Assembly (NCBI GenBank): GCA_023213395.1
Contig: CM041465.1
Span: 162,199,741-162,263,740, forward strand
DNA length: 64,000 bases
Source of the DNA: Cycas panzhihuaensis
Taxonomy: Eukaryota > Plantae > Cycadophyta
Direction of reading: 5' to 3'
Position numbers and translations under genes: made by a program. This document shows positions 51,001-62,790 of this stretch, one piece after another (positions within the stretch are counted from its first letter, which is position 1; each line of letters opens with the position of its first letter). The notes under the pieces were generated by a model. It made no database searches and was not told where the DNA came from. It saw only the letters and a list, made by a program, of their open reading frames with translations.

Positions 51001-53450
51001 GCATGACAAGATGAGAGGTACGAGGAATATCATAATTGCTTCTACATCTGTACAATGAAAAGAATTCCAAAGCTAGTACTACTTTATGACGGAACAATAG
51101 ACCCCAGGGAATTTCTAGAAAAATTGGGCTAGGAAAAAGGGGATTTAATTGAAAATTGGCATAAAGTATTAACAGGACCACCTTTTAATTGATGGTTGAA
51201 TTCAAAAGAGCAATGGACATCATACATGGAAGCCATTCAATGCTTTTGGAGAAGATTTGATCTAAGCCAAAAATGTCAAGAAATGCCATTGATTAAATAC
51301 CACAGGGACACAAATCTGCAAAAAAATGTGGAATTATGTGGAAAGGTATGGAGTTGAACAAGTGTAAAAAGAAAATTCTGGCAACATTTATTCCCAACAA
51401 TACTAGCAAAAGTCCTATATCGTTGGCATAGCGACAATGAGAAGTGCCAACAATTCAAAACTTGGAAAGAATTGAAAAGGTCATTTTATTATACATTCTC
51501 ATATTTTGATAAAAGAAAGTTGGTAAGAAATATTTTGAAAAGAATAAGAAATTTCTTGTTCTCAATAAAGCGAAAAACGATTAATGTTGTTGAGAAGGAG
51601 AAGTTAGCTTGCTATATAGCAACTATCGACAACAAAGAGAAGGATGAGAATCAGGAGATCTACAGGTGACTCAAAGAAATAGGACAGGAAGAAATAGTAT
51701 TAGAAGATACACTGGCAACTCAAAGAAATAGGATAGGAAGAAATAGTATTAGAAGATACACTGGCATATTCAAAAGTGGAAACAGGACAACCACATAAGC
51801 TTGGAAAGTTGAACTTGGGAACCAAAGAAGACCCAAAGGAAATATCAATCGGAAAAGACTGGCTAGAAGAATTGGTTGTCGAAGCTTATGATTTGTTCCA
51901 TGAATTCAAGGATGTGTTTGCATGGACTTATAAGGATTTTGAAGGCATTCTAGAAGATATTGGCATGATGAAAATAGAATTGGAAGATGGTGCGAAGCCA
52001 GTTCGATAGAGGCCATACAAAATGAATCCCAAATATAGAAAGAAAGTCCAAGAAGAGATAGAGAAACTTGTCACAGTAGGGTATGTATATCCAATAAAGA
52101 AAAGTGACTGGATCAGTCTGATTGTCATTGCAAAAAAAAAGAATGGAAAATTCCAACTTTGCATGGATTTTCACTCTCTAAATAAGGTAACAAAGAAAGA
52201 TCCTTTCCTAGCCCCTTTTACTAAGCAAGTCCTAGAAAATGTGGTAGGTTAGAAAATCTATTCCTTCATGGATGTATTCTTTGGATATAATCAAGTAAAA
52301 ATTGTAGAGGAAGACCAGAGTAAGACCACTTTTATGACAAAGAGGGGTTTGTATGCCTATAGAGTCATGCCCTTCAGTTTGACAAATGTACCAACAATCT
52401 TCTTTAGAATAATCACCAATGTATTCAAGAAGTTTCTACATAAATTCTTGGAGGTTTATTTGAATGATTGGATCATATTCAGGTTACTAAAAGATCACGT
52501 TGCAGTCTTAGGGATGATGCTCTGATGATGCAAGGAGGTTGGCATATCCTTGAAACCAGATAAATGTCAATTCATGGTAAAGTCTGACACATTACTGGGT
52601 CACATAGTTTGTAAAGAAGGACTGCTTACTGATCTAGATAAAATATAAGTAACTCTCAATTTAGAGCCTCCTACTAATCCTACAATGATGAAGTAGCTTT
52701 TAGGCAATACATGATATCATAAAAAGTTTATAAAATATTACGCTGCAATAATTGTGCCTATGGAGAAGCTTTTAAGGAAAGACACTATTTGTTTGGAGTA
52801 ATGAGTGTTAAAAAGCCTTTGAAAACTTGAAAAACAAATTGGTAGATGCACTAATTTTAAGTTTTCCAGATTGGAACAAGATTTTTCATGTTCATGTCGA
52901 CGCATCTAGAACAATAGTTGGCATTGTTTTGGGACAACCAAGAAAAGGAGCGATTGATCATCCTATTGTGTTTGCAAGTTGAAGATTGACATCAATAGAA
53001 CAAAATTATACAATAATCGAACAAGAAGGGCTTGCCCTGGTTTATGCATTACAAAAGTTTTGCCATTATCTATTGGCAAATTTCTTTCACTTTTACACTG
53101 ATGATCAAGCACTGACATACCTGGTGAATAAACCAATGTTGTAAGGCAGACTTAGTTGGTGGATTCTCTTGTTCAAGAATATGATTTTAAGATATTCTTG
53201 AAACTAAGAAAAGCACATATGGTACCTGACCATCTATCAAGAATTCAAATAGGAGAAGCATTGGTGGAAGTGGAAGACAACTTTCCAAATGCTAAGTTAT
53301 ATAACATAGAAGTTGTTCCAGATCAATTCACAGACATCACTCAAATTTTGCATAGTGGAATGGCACCATCGACAATGTTGAAAAAGGAGAGAAAAACTTT
53401 AGCAATGAAAATCTAGCATTATCAGTTAATTGTAGGACGATTGTATAGAT
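48005..53450 (+). mobile_element. Non-chromoviral Gypsy 'K': LTR 48005-48646, tRNA-Glu PBS, gag (4 knuckles), protease, extra capsid-like domain, RT, RNase H; truncated
   Basis: tgttgg...ccaaca; PBS tggttccattgcc at 48650; AIVDFGSQVNLI protease; VQEEIEKLVTVGYVYPIKKSDWISLIV..KKDPF RT. Confidence 0.88.
51669..51766. repeat. 49-bp tandem duplication
   Basis: actcaaagaaatagga.aggaagaaatagtattagaagatacactggca twice, 1 mismatch. Confidence 0.95.
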
Positions 53451-53454
53451 TTAC

Positions 53455-53856
53455 AGTCCAGGATGATGGACTTCTATGTGTTTAGTCCTTGCATGAAAGG
53501 CAATATTTTTAGTGAGTTTGATAACCCTTTGGTTATCACAGAAGATTGTGGTTGCTTTCAGGCAACTTTGATTTAAATCCCTAAGAAGCTGTCTTAACCA
53601 TATTGCTTCACAAGTTGTGCTAACTGCAGTTTTGTACTCCACTTCTGTTGAGAATAAGGCTACTGTTGGTTGCTTTTTACTGCTCCAGGATGTTACAGTT
53701 GTTCCAAGATTGAAACGATAGCTTGATGTAGACTTTCTTGTTCTCTTGCCCAATCAAAGTCACTGAATCCAAGTAAGCCTATTTTGTTTGTAACCCTAAA
53801 TTTACATAAGAGACACTTTAGTACAAGACTTAGGATAAAACATTAATACTCCAACA
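53455..53856 (-). mobile_element. Heavily deleted C-family Copia: RNase H fragment joined to ~65 bp of LTR
   Basis: [31 protein letters not shown]; 53790-53856 matches the end of the C LTRs (taggataaaacattaata.tc.aaca). Confidence 0.85.
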
Positions 53857-55804
53857 CTCATCCCAAGTTTGGTTGTAAATTAAAATGTCAGCAAAGAATA
53901 CTGGGATAAATTTCTTGATGAATGTTTAAGTGTTATGTTCATGGTGCATTGGAATGTTGCCAGTGCATTTGTTTGTCCAAATGGCATCTTGTGAAACTCA
54001 AACAAGTCCTCATGTGTTCGAAACATTGTTTTGCACTTAAGCAGAAATCAATCTTGGAGAAAAACTTGGCATGATGTAGTTCATCTAACAAATGATTGAT
54101 CTGTGGTATTGGATATCTATTTTTTATTGTTAATTTATTAAGAGCATGGTAGTTGACACACATCCGATATAATCCATCCTCTTTCTTGATGAAAATAACT
54201 GCAAATGGAAAAGGACCGGAATTGGGTACAATGGCTCCTCGCTATAGCAAACCCTTGATGATTTGTTCTATTTCCTTCTTGAAGTGGTATGGATGTCTGT
54301 AAGGCCAGATGTTTACAGGTGCAACTCCTAGTACTAAGTCTATTGCATGCTCATTGCCACGAGGTGGGGGTAGCCCTTTTGCAATGTCTTGAAAGACCTT
54401 ATTGTGCTAGTCTGTGATAGCTTGTACTTTGGATGGGACATCTTGTACTAAGATCTTATAGCAAGATATGACATATGCTAAGGCATTTTTTTTTGACTAA
54501 TTTTTCTATGCAGTGAGATAAGACTAGCTATGAAAGGGGTGTGGGTGGTGCTTGCAACTTGTATTTGTGCTCCTTTTGGAAGAAACCCATGAAATGTATT
54601 CTATAATTGGTGACTATATTTCCTAAGTTTTAGAGTCATTCTATGCTTAGCACTGCATCAACACCTTCAATAAGCATGGCAAATAGATGTGCTTAACTAG
54701 TAGTCAGGGATCTGAAGGTGTACCCTGTCACAAAATCCTCTGCATGGCATATTATTCCCATTAGCTATCGCTACTTGGAACTGTTTTAGTGGTTTGACTT
54801 GGAGGCCTAATTTGATTGTCATTGGCTTGTTGATGGAGTTGTGTGTGCTATCGCTTCAACTAATACCGATACTTTGGCATTCTTGATGCTCCCCTCAAAG
54901 CATAGTGTTTGAGACATCTACAATTCATGTGATTGTTTGAAGTGATAGTTGCACATTCCCAAGATCTGTTTCATTGAGTAACTCTTCTATTTCTACTCCG
55001 TCCTCTTCTAGTGAATGCATTTCTTCTTGTTGCTTTTCTTGTACTAGTACGTCTATTTCTTTGTTGTTAAGCATAAAGACTTTCTTTGTTGGACATTTAT
55101 GATCTTGACTCCATTTTTCATTATAGCTGAAACATGTCCCTCTTTAAAGGTGTTCTGTCCTTGATAATCTACCTTTTGTAGGTCCACTTTCCTTCTGCTC
55201 CATAAGTGGCAGGTTGGCCTTGTTTCCTAACTAGTACCAATTTGGTTTGCTACCTTGTCCCATAAGTGTAGAGTTGTCATCTTGACAAACATAATTCAAG
55301 TGTGATTTTCTGAATTCAACTTCTATATTGCATGCTTGTCTGATTGCTTCCCTTAGAGACTCTACACCTAATGTTTTAAGATGGAACTTGATACTCCCTT
55401 TGAGTCCTCTGATATGTGCTTTGATTAATAAGCCAAGGTCAATTTTCAAGGTCAAAATGCTCCATAGATTCTAAAATTCTTGTTTGTAAGCTTGGACATT
55501 GCTTGTTTGGCATAGATGTGTCATCTAAGCAAAATAATCTATGTTCCAAGTGTCCTCATTGTTCTATCAATGAGGATTTTAGAAAATCATAGTTATAGTG
55601 ATGCATTCCTTCATAAACCTTGCTCCACCAACAGAACCATTTGATTGCATTTTTATACAAATGAAAATTTCTACAAGTAGTTGGTCCTTGTCCGATTTGG
55701 GGTGCATTTGAAAATATAGATCTATCTGAATGATCCAACTTGGAATATTCCTTGACTTTTGAGGGTCAAATTTCTCCAAAAGGAATTTGGAGTTCTTGAG
55801 ACCA
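53857..55804 (-). mobile_element. Decayed chromoviral Gypsy 'I' (gag, protease, RT N-terminal half); short continuation at 61619-61635
   Basis: [35 protein letters not shown]; gag EKFDPQK..SWI. Confidence 0.85.
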
Positions 55805-58800
55805 TGTGGCGATTCCTTTCACCAAAACCAGAATTAAGGCAGAACAGAGCTCAAATTCACCAATAGCAGACACAAATTATGAGCATAAGAGTACAAAATA
55901 GATGAATATCTCCAAGTATAAAGCAATTACAAGTGCCAACTTGGCATGTCAATGAAATACAAAATATAAACAATAGTTCTAGAAATTACTAATAGCAACC
56001 CTTGCTCATCACCAATCCCTTCAAGGCAAGAATCCTCCTCAAAATTGTAGTCCTAAGGCCGAAATCTGCAGTAGCCCTAGAGTTGAACATGAGGAGAAGA
56101 TACTTCACAAATTGATGATGGGGAATAACCCCAAAGATCCCTATATATATGCACTCAAACTACGACTTAAAGAGGTTGGCCATAACATGAAGAGTTGCAC
56201 CCAAAATCACCTCTAGAAGTCAGCCACAGTAATCACATAGAGGTTGGCCAAACTCTAATGGAGTCGCTTCATGTCCCCCCCTCCTTGAAACTGTGCTTTG
56301 CCCTCAAAGCGTTGGTAAGTTCAGAAATTGCTTTATCTATTCGTCGGTTTCCCACGTGGCATCTTCATCATCTAGGTTTTTCCATTTGACCAGGTGTTCT
56401 TTGATTTGTCTAGACCTGAGGGATCTGGTGCAGGTTTGTAGGATTCCTTTTGGTTCTAGTGTCATTTTTCCTTCTTTGTTGAGCTCTGGGATGCTGGATT
56501 GAGGTACTATTTTATCTCCAACCTTCTTTTTTAGACAAGAACCATGAAAAACGCTATGAATTTTTGCATCTTCTAGGAGCCTTAACTGATATGCAACTTC
56601 ACCTATTTTCGCAGTGATTTTGTATGGCCTGAAATACCTAGGTGTGAGCTTTTGGTTGCTTGTTTTCTATAAGGAAACCTATTTGTATGGTTGTAGACGC
56701 AAAAAGACCTAGTCACCTGCTTCAAATTTTCTTTCAGAGCGCTTCAAGTTAGATTGTTACTTCATTATATTTTGTGCCATTGCTAAATTGTCTTTCAATC
56801 TGCTAATAGTCTCTTCCATTTGTTTCTGATGCTCTTGAACTGCCTGGACTTGTGATGGTCTATTCCATGTTAATAAGGATGGTGGTTGATATCCATATAA
56901 AGCCTGGAAGGGCATCATCTTCGTCGAAGAGTGGTAGGTAGTGTTGTACCACCATTCTATTAGGTGCAACCATCAGTGCCATAGATTTTATCTATTTGAG
57001 CAGAAATTCCTCAAGTATCCTTCTAGGCATTTATTCATAATTTTTGTTTGCCCATTTGTTTGAGGGTGATAGGTTGTGCTCATCTTGAATTTTGTATCGA
57101 TGCTTTTGAAAAGATCCTGTCAAAATTTACTAGTAAATTTTGGGTCACAATCGCTTATGATTGCCCTTGGAAACCTATGATGATGGATCTCCTTCATGTA
57201 TAATTCTACAACCTTGCTAGATTTGGCTGTTGATTTCAATCCTTTGAAGTGGCCATACTTTGTAAGACAATCTACTATGACTAGTATTGCATTTGTCCCT
57301 TTTGAGTGAGGTAGTCCTATTATGAAGTCCATAAATATTTTGTCCCATTTTTGTTCTGTAATTAGTAATGGCTAGAGTAACCCTGGAGTCTTTATGCATT
57401 CAACCTTGTTCCTCTGACAGGTATTAAATTCTTCCACAAATTTGTAAACATTTGTTTTTAATCCTTTCCAATAAAAAGAAGCTCTTACCTTTCTATATGT
57501 CTTGTCAATCCTTGTGTGGCCTGCTATAGGTGTAGAGTGAGCTTCTTGCAATATTATTTCTTTTAGTACAGATTTTTCTAGAATGTAGATCTTCCCTTTC
57601 CTAAGTATTATTCCTTGTTGTATCTCATACAGATCAGCTTTGTCCTTGTTTGTTTTATCTATCAGCTGCTTATATCTTGGATCGTTGTTGTACTCCTTTC
57701 TCAGCATCTTGTGCCATGCAAGACTAGCCACTGAGATTGTCCATAATGCTGGTTGCTCATGAGATTTCTCTGAGATCCTTGAAAGGGCATCTGCTATGAC
57801 ATTTTCTTTGCCCTTTTTGTACACGATAGTAAAATCAAATGACTGTAATTTGCTCAACCACTTTTGATGCTCATCTGATAGCATCTTTTAACTTAAGAAG
57901 TACTTAAGGCTATCATGATCCGTTCGTACCTGGAATGGGCTCCCAAGCAAATATTGTCTCCATTGATGGATTGCATGCATTATAGCTAGCATCTCTTTAT
58001 CGTAAATGGGTTATAGCTTTTCTCTATTGTTCAGCTTCCTGCTTTCATATGCTATAGGTCTTTCATCTTGCAATAGGACTGCTCCTATGCCAAAACCTGA
58101 TGCATCGCACTCCAAAATAAATGGTTTGGAAAAATCTGGAATTGCTAGGATTGGAGCTCTTACCATTGCACCTTTTAATTCTTCAAAATCATTGTTGGCC
58201 ATTGGATTCCATGCAAATACGTCCTTCTTGGTTAGGTTCGTAAGCTGGGCCACTATGTTGGCATATCCTTTTATGAATTTCCTGAGGTATCTTGTTGCTT
58301 CAAGGAAACTGTAAACTCCCGTGACATTCTTTGGTGGTGGCCAATTTACTATGGCCTGGGCGTTCTTGGGATCTACTTTGATTCCTTTTGAGGTAATTAT
58401 GTGGCCGAGGTATTCCAGTTCTTGTTGGCCAAAACAACACTTTTTCTTGTTTGCAAAAAATAATTTATTTGTTAAGATTTCCAAGACTAGTCTAAGATGT
58501 GCCAAATGCTCTCTCCAGGTTTTGCTATAAATCAGAATGTCATCAAAAAAGATTAGTACAAACTTCCTTAAGAATTCCTTGAATGTCGCATTCGCGGTGC
58601 CCTGGAATGTTTCTGGGGCGTTGGTCAGTCCGAACGACATCACTTTGAATTCAAATAGCCCTTCATGAGTTTAGAAGGTTGTCTTGTGAACATCTTCTTC
58701 TTTTATCTGAATATGATGGTAGCCTGACTAGAGGTCGATCTTGGAGAAATATTTTGTCCCATGTATCTCGTCTAGTAAGTCATCTATCCTGGGAATAGGA

Positions 58801-60001
58801 TATCTATTCTTTATGGTTAACTTATTTAGTCCCCTATAATCCACACACATCCTGACCGTTCCATCCTTCTTGGGGTTAATTACAACTGGGGATAAAAAAG
58901 GACTTATACTACTCTGAATGTGGCCCTATACGAGTAAATCTCTTGTTATATTTTTTATCTCCTTTCTCATGTGGTACAGATGCCTATATGGCCTTATGTT
59001 CACTGGTGCAGCTCCTGGGACTAGATCAATTGCATGTTGGGTTTCTCTCAATGGTGGTAATCACTTAGGTTCTTCAAATACTTGTTTATAGTCATCCAAA
59101 ATGTGTTGGATCTCCGTTGGTATTTCTTGGATTTCGACTTTGTAGCATGAGACTACATATGTGGGAGCTTTCTTTCGCATAATCTTCTCCATTCTATGGG
59201 AAGATACTAGTTGCATTGGTGGATTTTTGGTCCACGTAATATGTATTTTGTGCCATTTATTTGGAAGCACATAACCTTGGTCATATAGTTGGTGACTATA
59301 TTCCCTAATGTTTGCAACCACTTTATCCCTGGAATTACATTGATTGCACCTATTTGCATTGCAAACATATTGGAATTCAAAGAGTACTCATCGATTTTCA
59401 AGTTGATGTTCCTGCAAAATTCTCTGCATGACGTTGTTTTTCCATTAGCAATTGATACCTAGAAGGTCTTCAGTGGCTGCACCTTTAGTCCTAGCTTCTG
59501 AGCTGTTGGTCTATTGATAAAGTATGAGTGCTCCCACTATCCACTATAGGGGCTCCTTTTAGCATTCCCTCGAATCGTAATGTCTGAGGTGTGGTACTTT
59601 ATCTTGTTATAGCTTGCAGAGAGATTTGAATATTCTTTGTACCGACTTCTAGCAATTCATCCACCTCGGCTTCGATTTGTTCATTGTCATCTTCCTGGTT
59701 TGGGACTTCATTTTCTTCCACTTGTTCTGGTATCTCTATTTCTTCGTTATTTATCATGAATACCTTTTTCCTCAAACACTGGTGCTCTCAATTCCACTTT
59801 CCTCCACATTTGAAACAAGTACCTTTCCTCATATATCCTTCTCGCATGTGGATTTCGATCGTGCTTTTGATTGCAAGAGGAGCATCTGATTTAACTCTTG
59901 ACCTATTCTAGTTCGCATTAGGTGGTGGTGCAAAATCCATTTTGCGCTCGTAGGTTGGCTTGGTTTCTTTGACTTCGGCTTCGACGCATCTGGAATGCCT
60001 T

Positions 60002-60089
60002 ATGACTTCTTCCAAGGCTCCGTGTTGTTGTGCTAATATGCAGATATGACTTATTCCAAGGCTCCGTGTTGTTGTGCTAATATGCAGAA
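60002..60089. repeat. 44-bp tandem duplication that frameshifts J gag
   Basis: atgactt.ttccaaggctccgtgttgttgtgctaatatgcaga twice. Confidence 0.95.
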
Positions 60090-60880
60090 TCTTATGGGTG
60101 CCTTGAGATCGCTTATATACGTCCCCATGCGATATTCCTGGGGAATGCTTGAGGTAATTAGGCATTGGAGCATCTGAAATTGTCCCATATATTCTTGAAC
60201 TGATCCGGTCTGCTGTAGCCTTGTTAGCTGGGTGAAATAATCCATAACCCATGAATCTTCATATTGATTGATGATAGCCATTCAGAAATTTCTCCATTTT
60301 GGTTGCTGCCATCCTTGCATCTTCTTCCACCAGTAATACCAATTTAAGGCTCGTCCATATAGATGTAGAGAGGCAATGGGGACCATATTTGTCTTTAGTG
60401 TCTGGCATACTGCGAAACATGTTTCCAATTGGAGTAACCGCGCTATTATGTCACATGTCTTCTCCAGATCAAACTTTTCCAGTGCGATCTTCGTGTTTGT
60501 TGGAATTCCTTGTGACTTTATGTTCTTCCGCTGAAATTCGAATCCTTCTTTAAACCTTCCTCCCTGGTTCCCTTGGTCTAGGTTTTGATCTGCATCTTGT
60601 ATGTCCAAATTTTGTTCTGTTTTAAGAAGGGTTGTCTCTTGCTTTTATAATCTCAGATTAAGGTTTTTAATGTATTGTACAAGTTCCTACATGATAGTTG
60701 TCGACGCCTCTGTTGTTTGTTGCTCTTCTTTTGGAGATGTTGGCATTTTGCTGGGTGGTATGATCTTTCTAGATCTAAACTTTGTCTGGATCTTTTCAAA
60801 ATTCTTGGGGTGGGAGGGTGGGTCAAAATTTTGCTTTCCCTTGGCTGAAATATCTTTTCGAAATCCTGCTTCGAAATGAA

Positions 60881-61146
60881 GCTCTGATACGACTTGTAAC
60901 GAACCGTTATACCAAAACCCCGAGGTGTTAGTGAAGAGGGCCCCCCACCTAGTAGACCATTACCTCCCCTTGGGTCAAACGAGCTAGCCCCGCCTAGCCC
61001 CGCTTTCACTAGCGTTCATGTGTCCCACAGGCCCCGGCTACGACGGTGTTTTGCGGATCGATGGTGTTTGGCATGTCACCCCGCTGCCCTCATAAGCGGC
61101 GTTGCTTCCATGGGATTCGAACCCCGGTCTTGGCTCTATTACCACT
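60881..61146 (-). mobile_element. TRIM-like unit (short interior plus ~184-bp LTR-like segment) between two iMet PBS copies in the J leader
   Basis: PBS reverse complements at 61132-61144 and 60881-60892. In element sense: PBS, ggttcgaatccc, purine tract gagggcagcgggg, TG(61078)...gttaCA(60895), PBS. GC- and CpG-rich. Confidence 0.65.
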
Positions 61147-61635
61147 TGTGGCAATTCCTTTCACCAAAACCATAATTAAGGTAGAACAAAGCTCAAATTC
61201 ACCAATAGAAGACATAGATTATGAGCACAAGAGTATAAAATAGATGAATATCTCCAAGTATAAAGCAATTACAAGTGCCAAACAGGCATGTCAATGAAAT
61301 ACAAAATATAAATAATAGTCCCATAAATTACTAACAACAACCCTTGCTGATCACCAATCCCTTTGAGTTGGGAATCCTCCTCAGAATTGCAGCGTCAAGG
61401 CCGAAATCTACAGTAGCCCTAGAGCCGAAAATGAGGAGAACATACTTCACAAATTGATGATGGGGAATAACCCCAAAGATCCCCATATATAGGCGCTCAA
61501 ACTAGGACTTAAAGAGGTCGGCCAGAACATGAAGAGTTGTGCCCAGAATCACCTCTAGAAGTCAGCCACAACAATCACATAGAGGTTGGCCAAACTCTAA
61601 TGTGGTCGCTTCAGACCATATGATAGAAGAATTGA

Positions 61636-62050
61636 TGTTGAATTCATTAATTCACCTTAGTCTTTTGTAAATGTATTGTACATTTGTAATATTAAAGTTA
61701 TGTTAGTAAAATTAGTACATTGTAAGGGTAATATTGTCATCTTAGTGGTTAGTTACAACTTGAGATTATGAGCCTAAGTATGTGGGGTCATAGTTGCTCA
61801 CACCTCATCGTAACACACATGTAAGTTGATCATACAAGGTGTCAAATGTCACCTTGCATGATTAACCCTTCATATTCCTTTGCCTCTCTCGTAACTATTA
61901 ATATTTTGTATATATGAGGCATAACTCAATGTAATGTAATATGTGTGATGAATGAAGGATATGATGTTGATTTTGGAGGATTAAGGAATTTAAACACCTC
62001 ACTTTTGCTGTCTTGTTTTTTGTGCATACTTTGTGTGATTGGAACCTTGG
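61636..62050. mobile_element. Probable truncated LTR
   Basis: Begins with tgttg exactly where the gag of I stops; has a TATA-like tatatatga and LTR-like composition; no partner found. Confidence 0.4.
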
Positions 62051-62124
62051 TGGAAGCTGGCTTGAAAGCCACTTCTCTTCGCTTGGTATTAGAACAAGGT
62101 TGTAACCTTCATTGCAGGCCTACA

Positions 62125-62790
62125 ATTTAAGCCTTTCCATGTATGCCAGTCTTGTATCTTTATTTGTCTTATTGACTTTGTTCCATGTAAGGCAATTTAT
62201 CGTTATCTAAAAGTCTATTCCACAAATCAATCACCATCCTATAAATTTCATGATCTGTTTGTGTGTGAATCTTTTTTAACCTAGCACGTTGCTCAACATA
62301 GAAGAAGTTGTAACAATTTCTTGTTGATTGGGGACCATTTGGATCTCTCTTATGTATTTGTTTCTTCTTTTTAGCGACTTGCACCTCAAACCCAAGTAGC
62401 CATTATCAAATTTACAATTAATTGCTCCTATCATAATCTACCCAATAGATGCACCGGGATCCACTCCAAACAATTGACTTGGATCAATTCTCTTTTTCCT
62501 TCTCTTTATACTGTGCTCATAGATCTCCTAGGAATTGAATTATGTGAGTGGGAAACACTAACACCCACCTTGTGGTGAGAGTACATTCACCATTTAAGTT
62601 CTAGAATATCATATGTTTCAAAGATAGATGGGTTTGAAGCATTTATAGGGGCTATATGGAAATATCCAGTATTGCCTATAGGCTTCTCAAATGCAGCAGG
62701 AAGTTGATTAGTGATTTCATTTTCCATGGACTTCATAGTCGGATGGGGAGCAAGCAATGGACCAGCAGGGGTGCAAGTTGTCCTTAAGCT
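62125..62790 (-). pseudogene. Decayed fragment of a plant ARID-HMG gene (HMGB9/10/11/15 type): linker and HMG box
   Basis: RA*GQLAP/PAGPL.AP, KRRKKRIDPSQLFGVDPGASIG*IMIGAINCKFDNGYL, then after a deletion KKKKQIHKRDPNGPQSTRNCYNFFYVEQRARLK..IYRMVIDLWNRL..DKLPYMEQSQ*DK.RYKT. Confidence 0.85.

Larger units (their letters stand above)
55805..61613 (-). mobile_element. Full-length chromoviral Gypsy 'J' (Reina-like) with 467-bp LTRs (55805-56271, 61147-61613), TSD GACCA
   Basis: LTRs about 89% identical; PPT reverse complement at 56272-56285; RT FFDDILIYS, RNase H LECDASG, integrase MDFIIGLP, chromodomain LVKWKNLDDEDATWE. Confidence 0.95.

Noticed and set aside
60895-61078. Cassandra element or 5S rRNA
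   Set aside because: No recognisable 5S rRNA sequence.
61085-61144. tRNA gene
   Set aside because: Only a T-loop/B-box motif is present; no acceptor stem or anticodon arm can be built.
62169-62384. Functional HMG-box gene
   Set aside because: It has in-frame stops, frameshifts and an internal deletion, and the ARID domain is missing.
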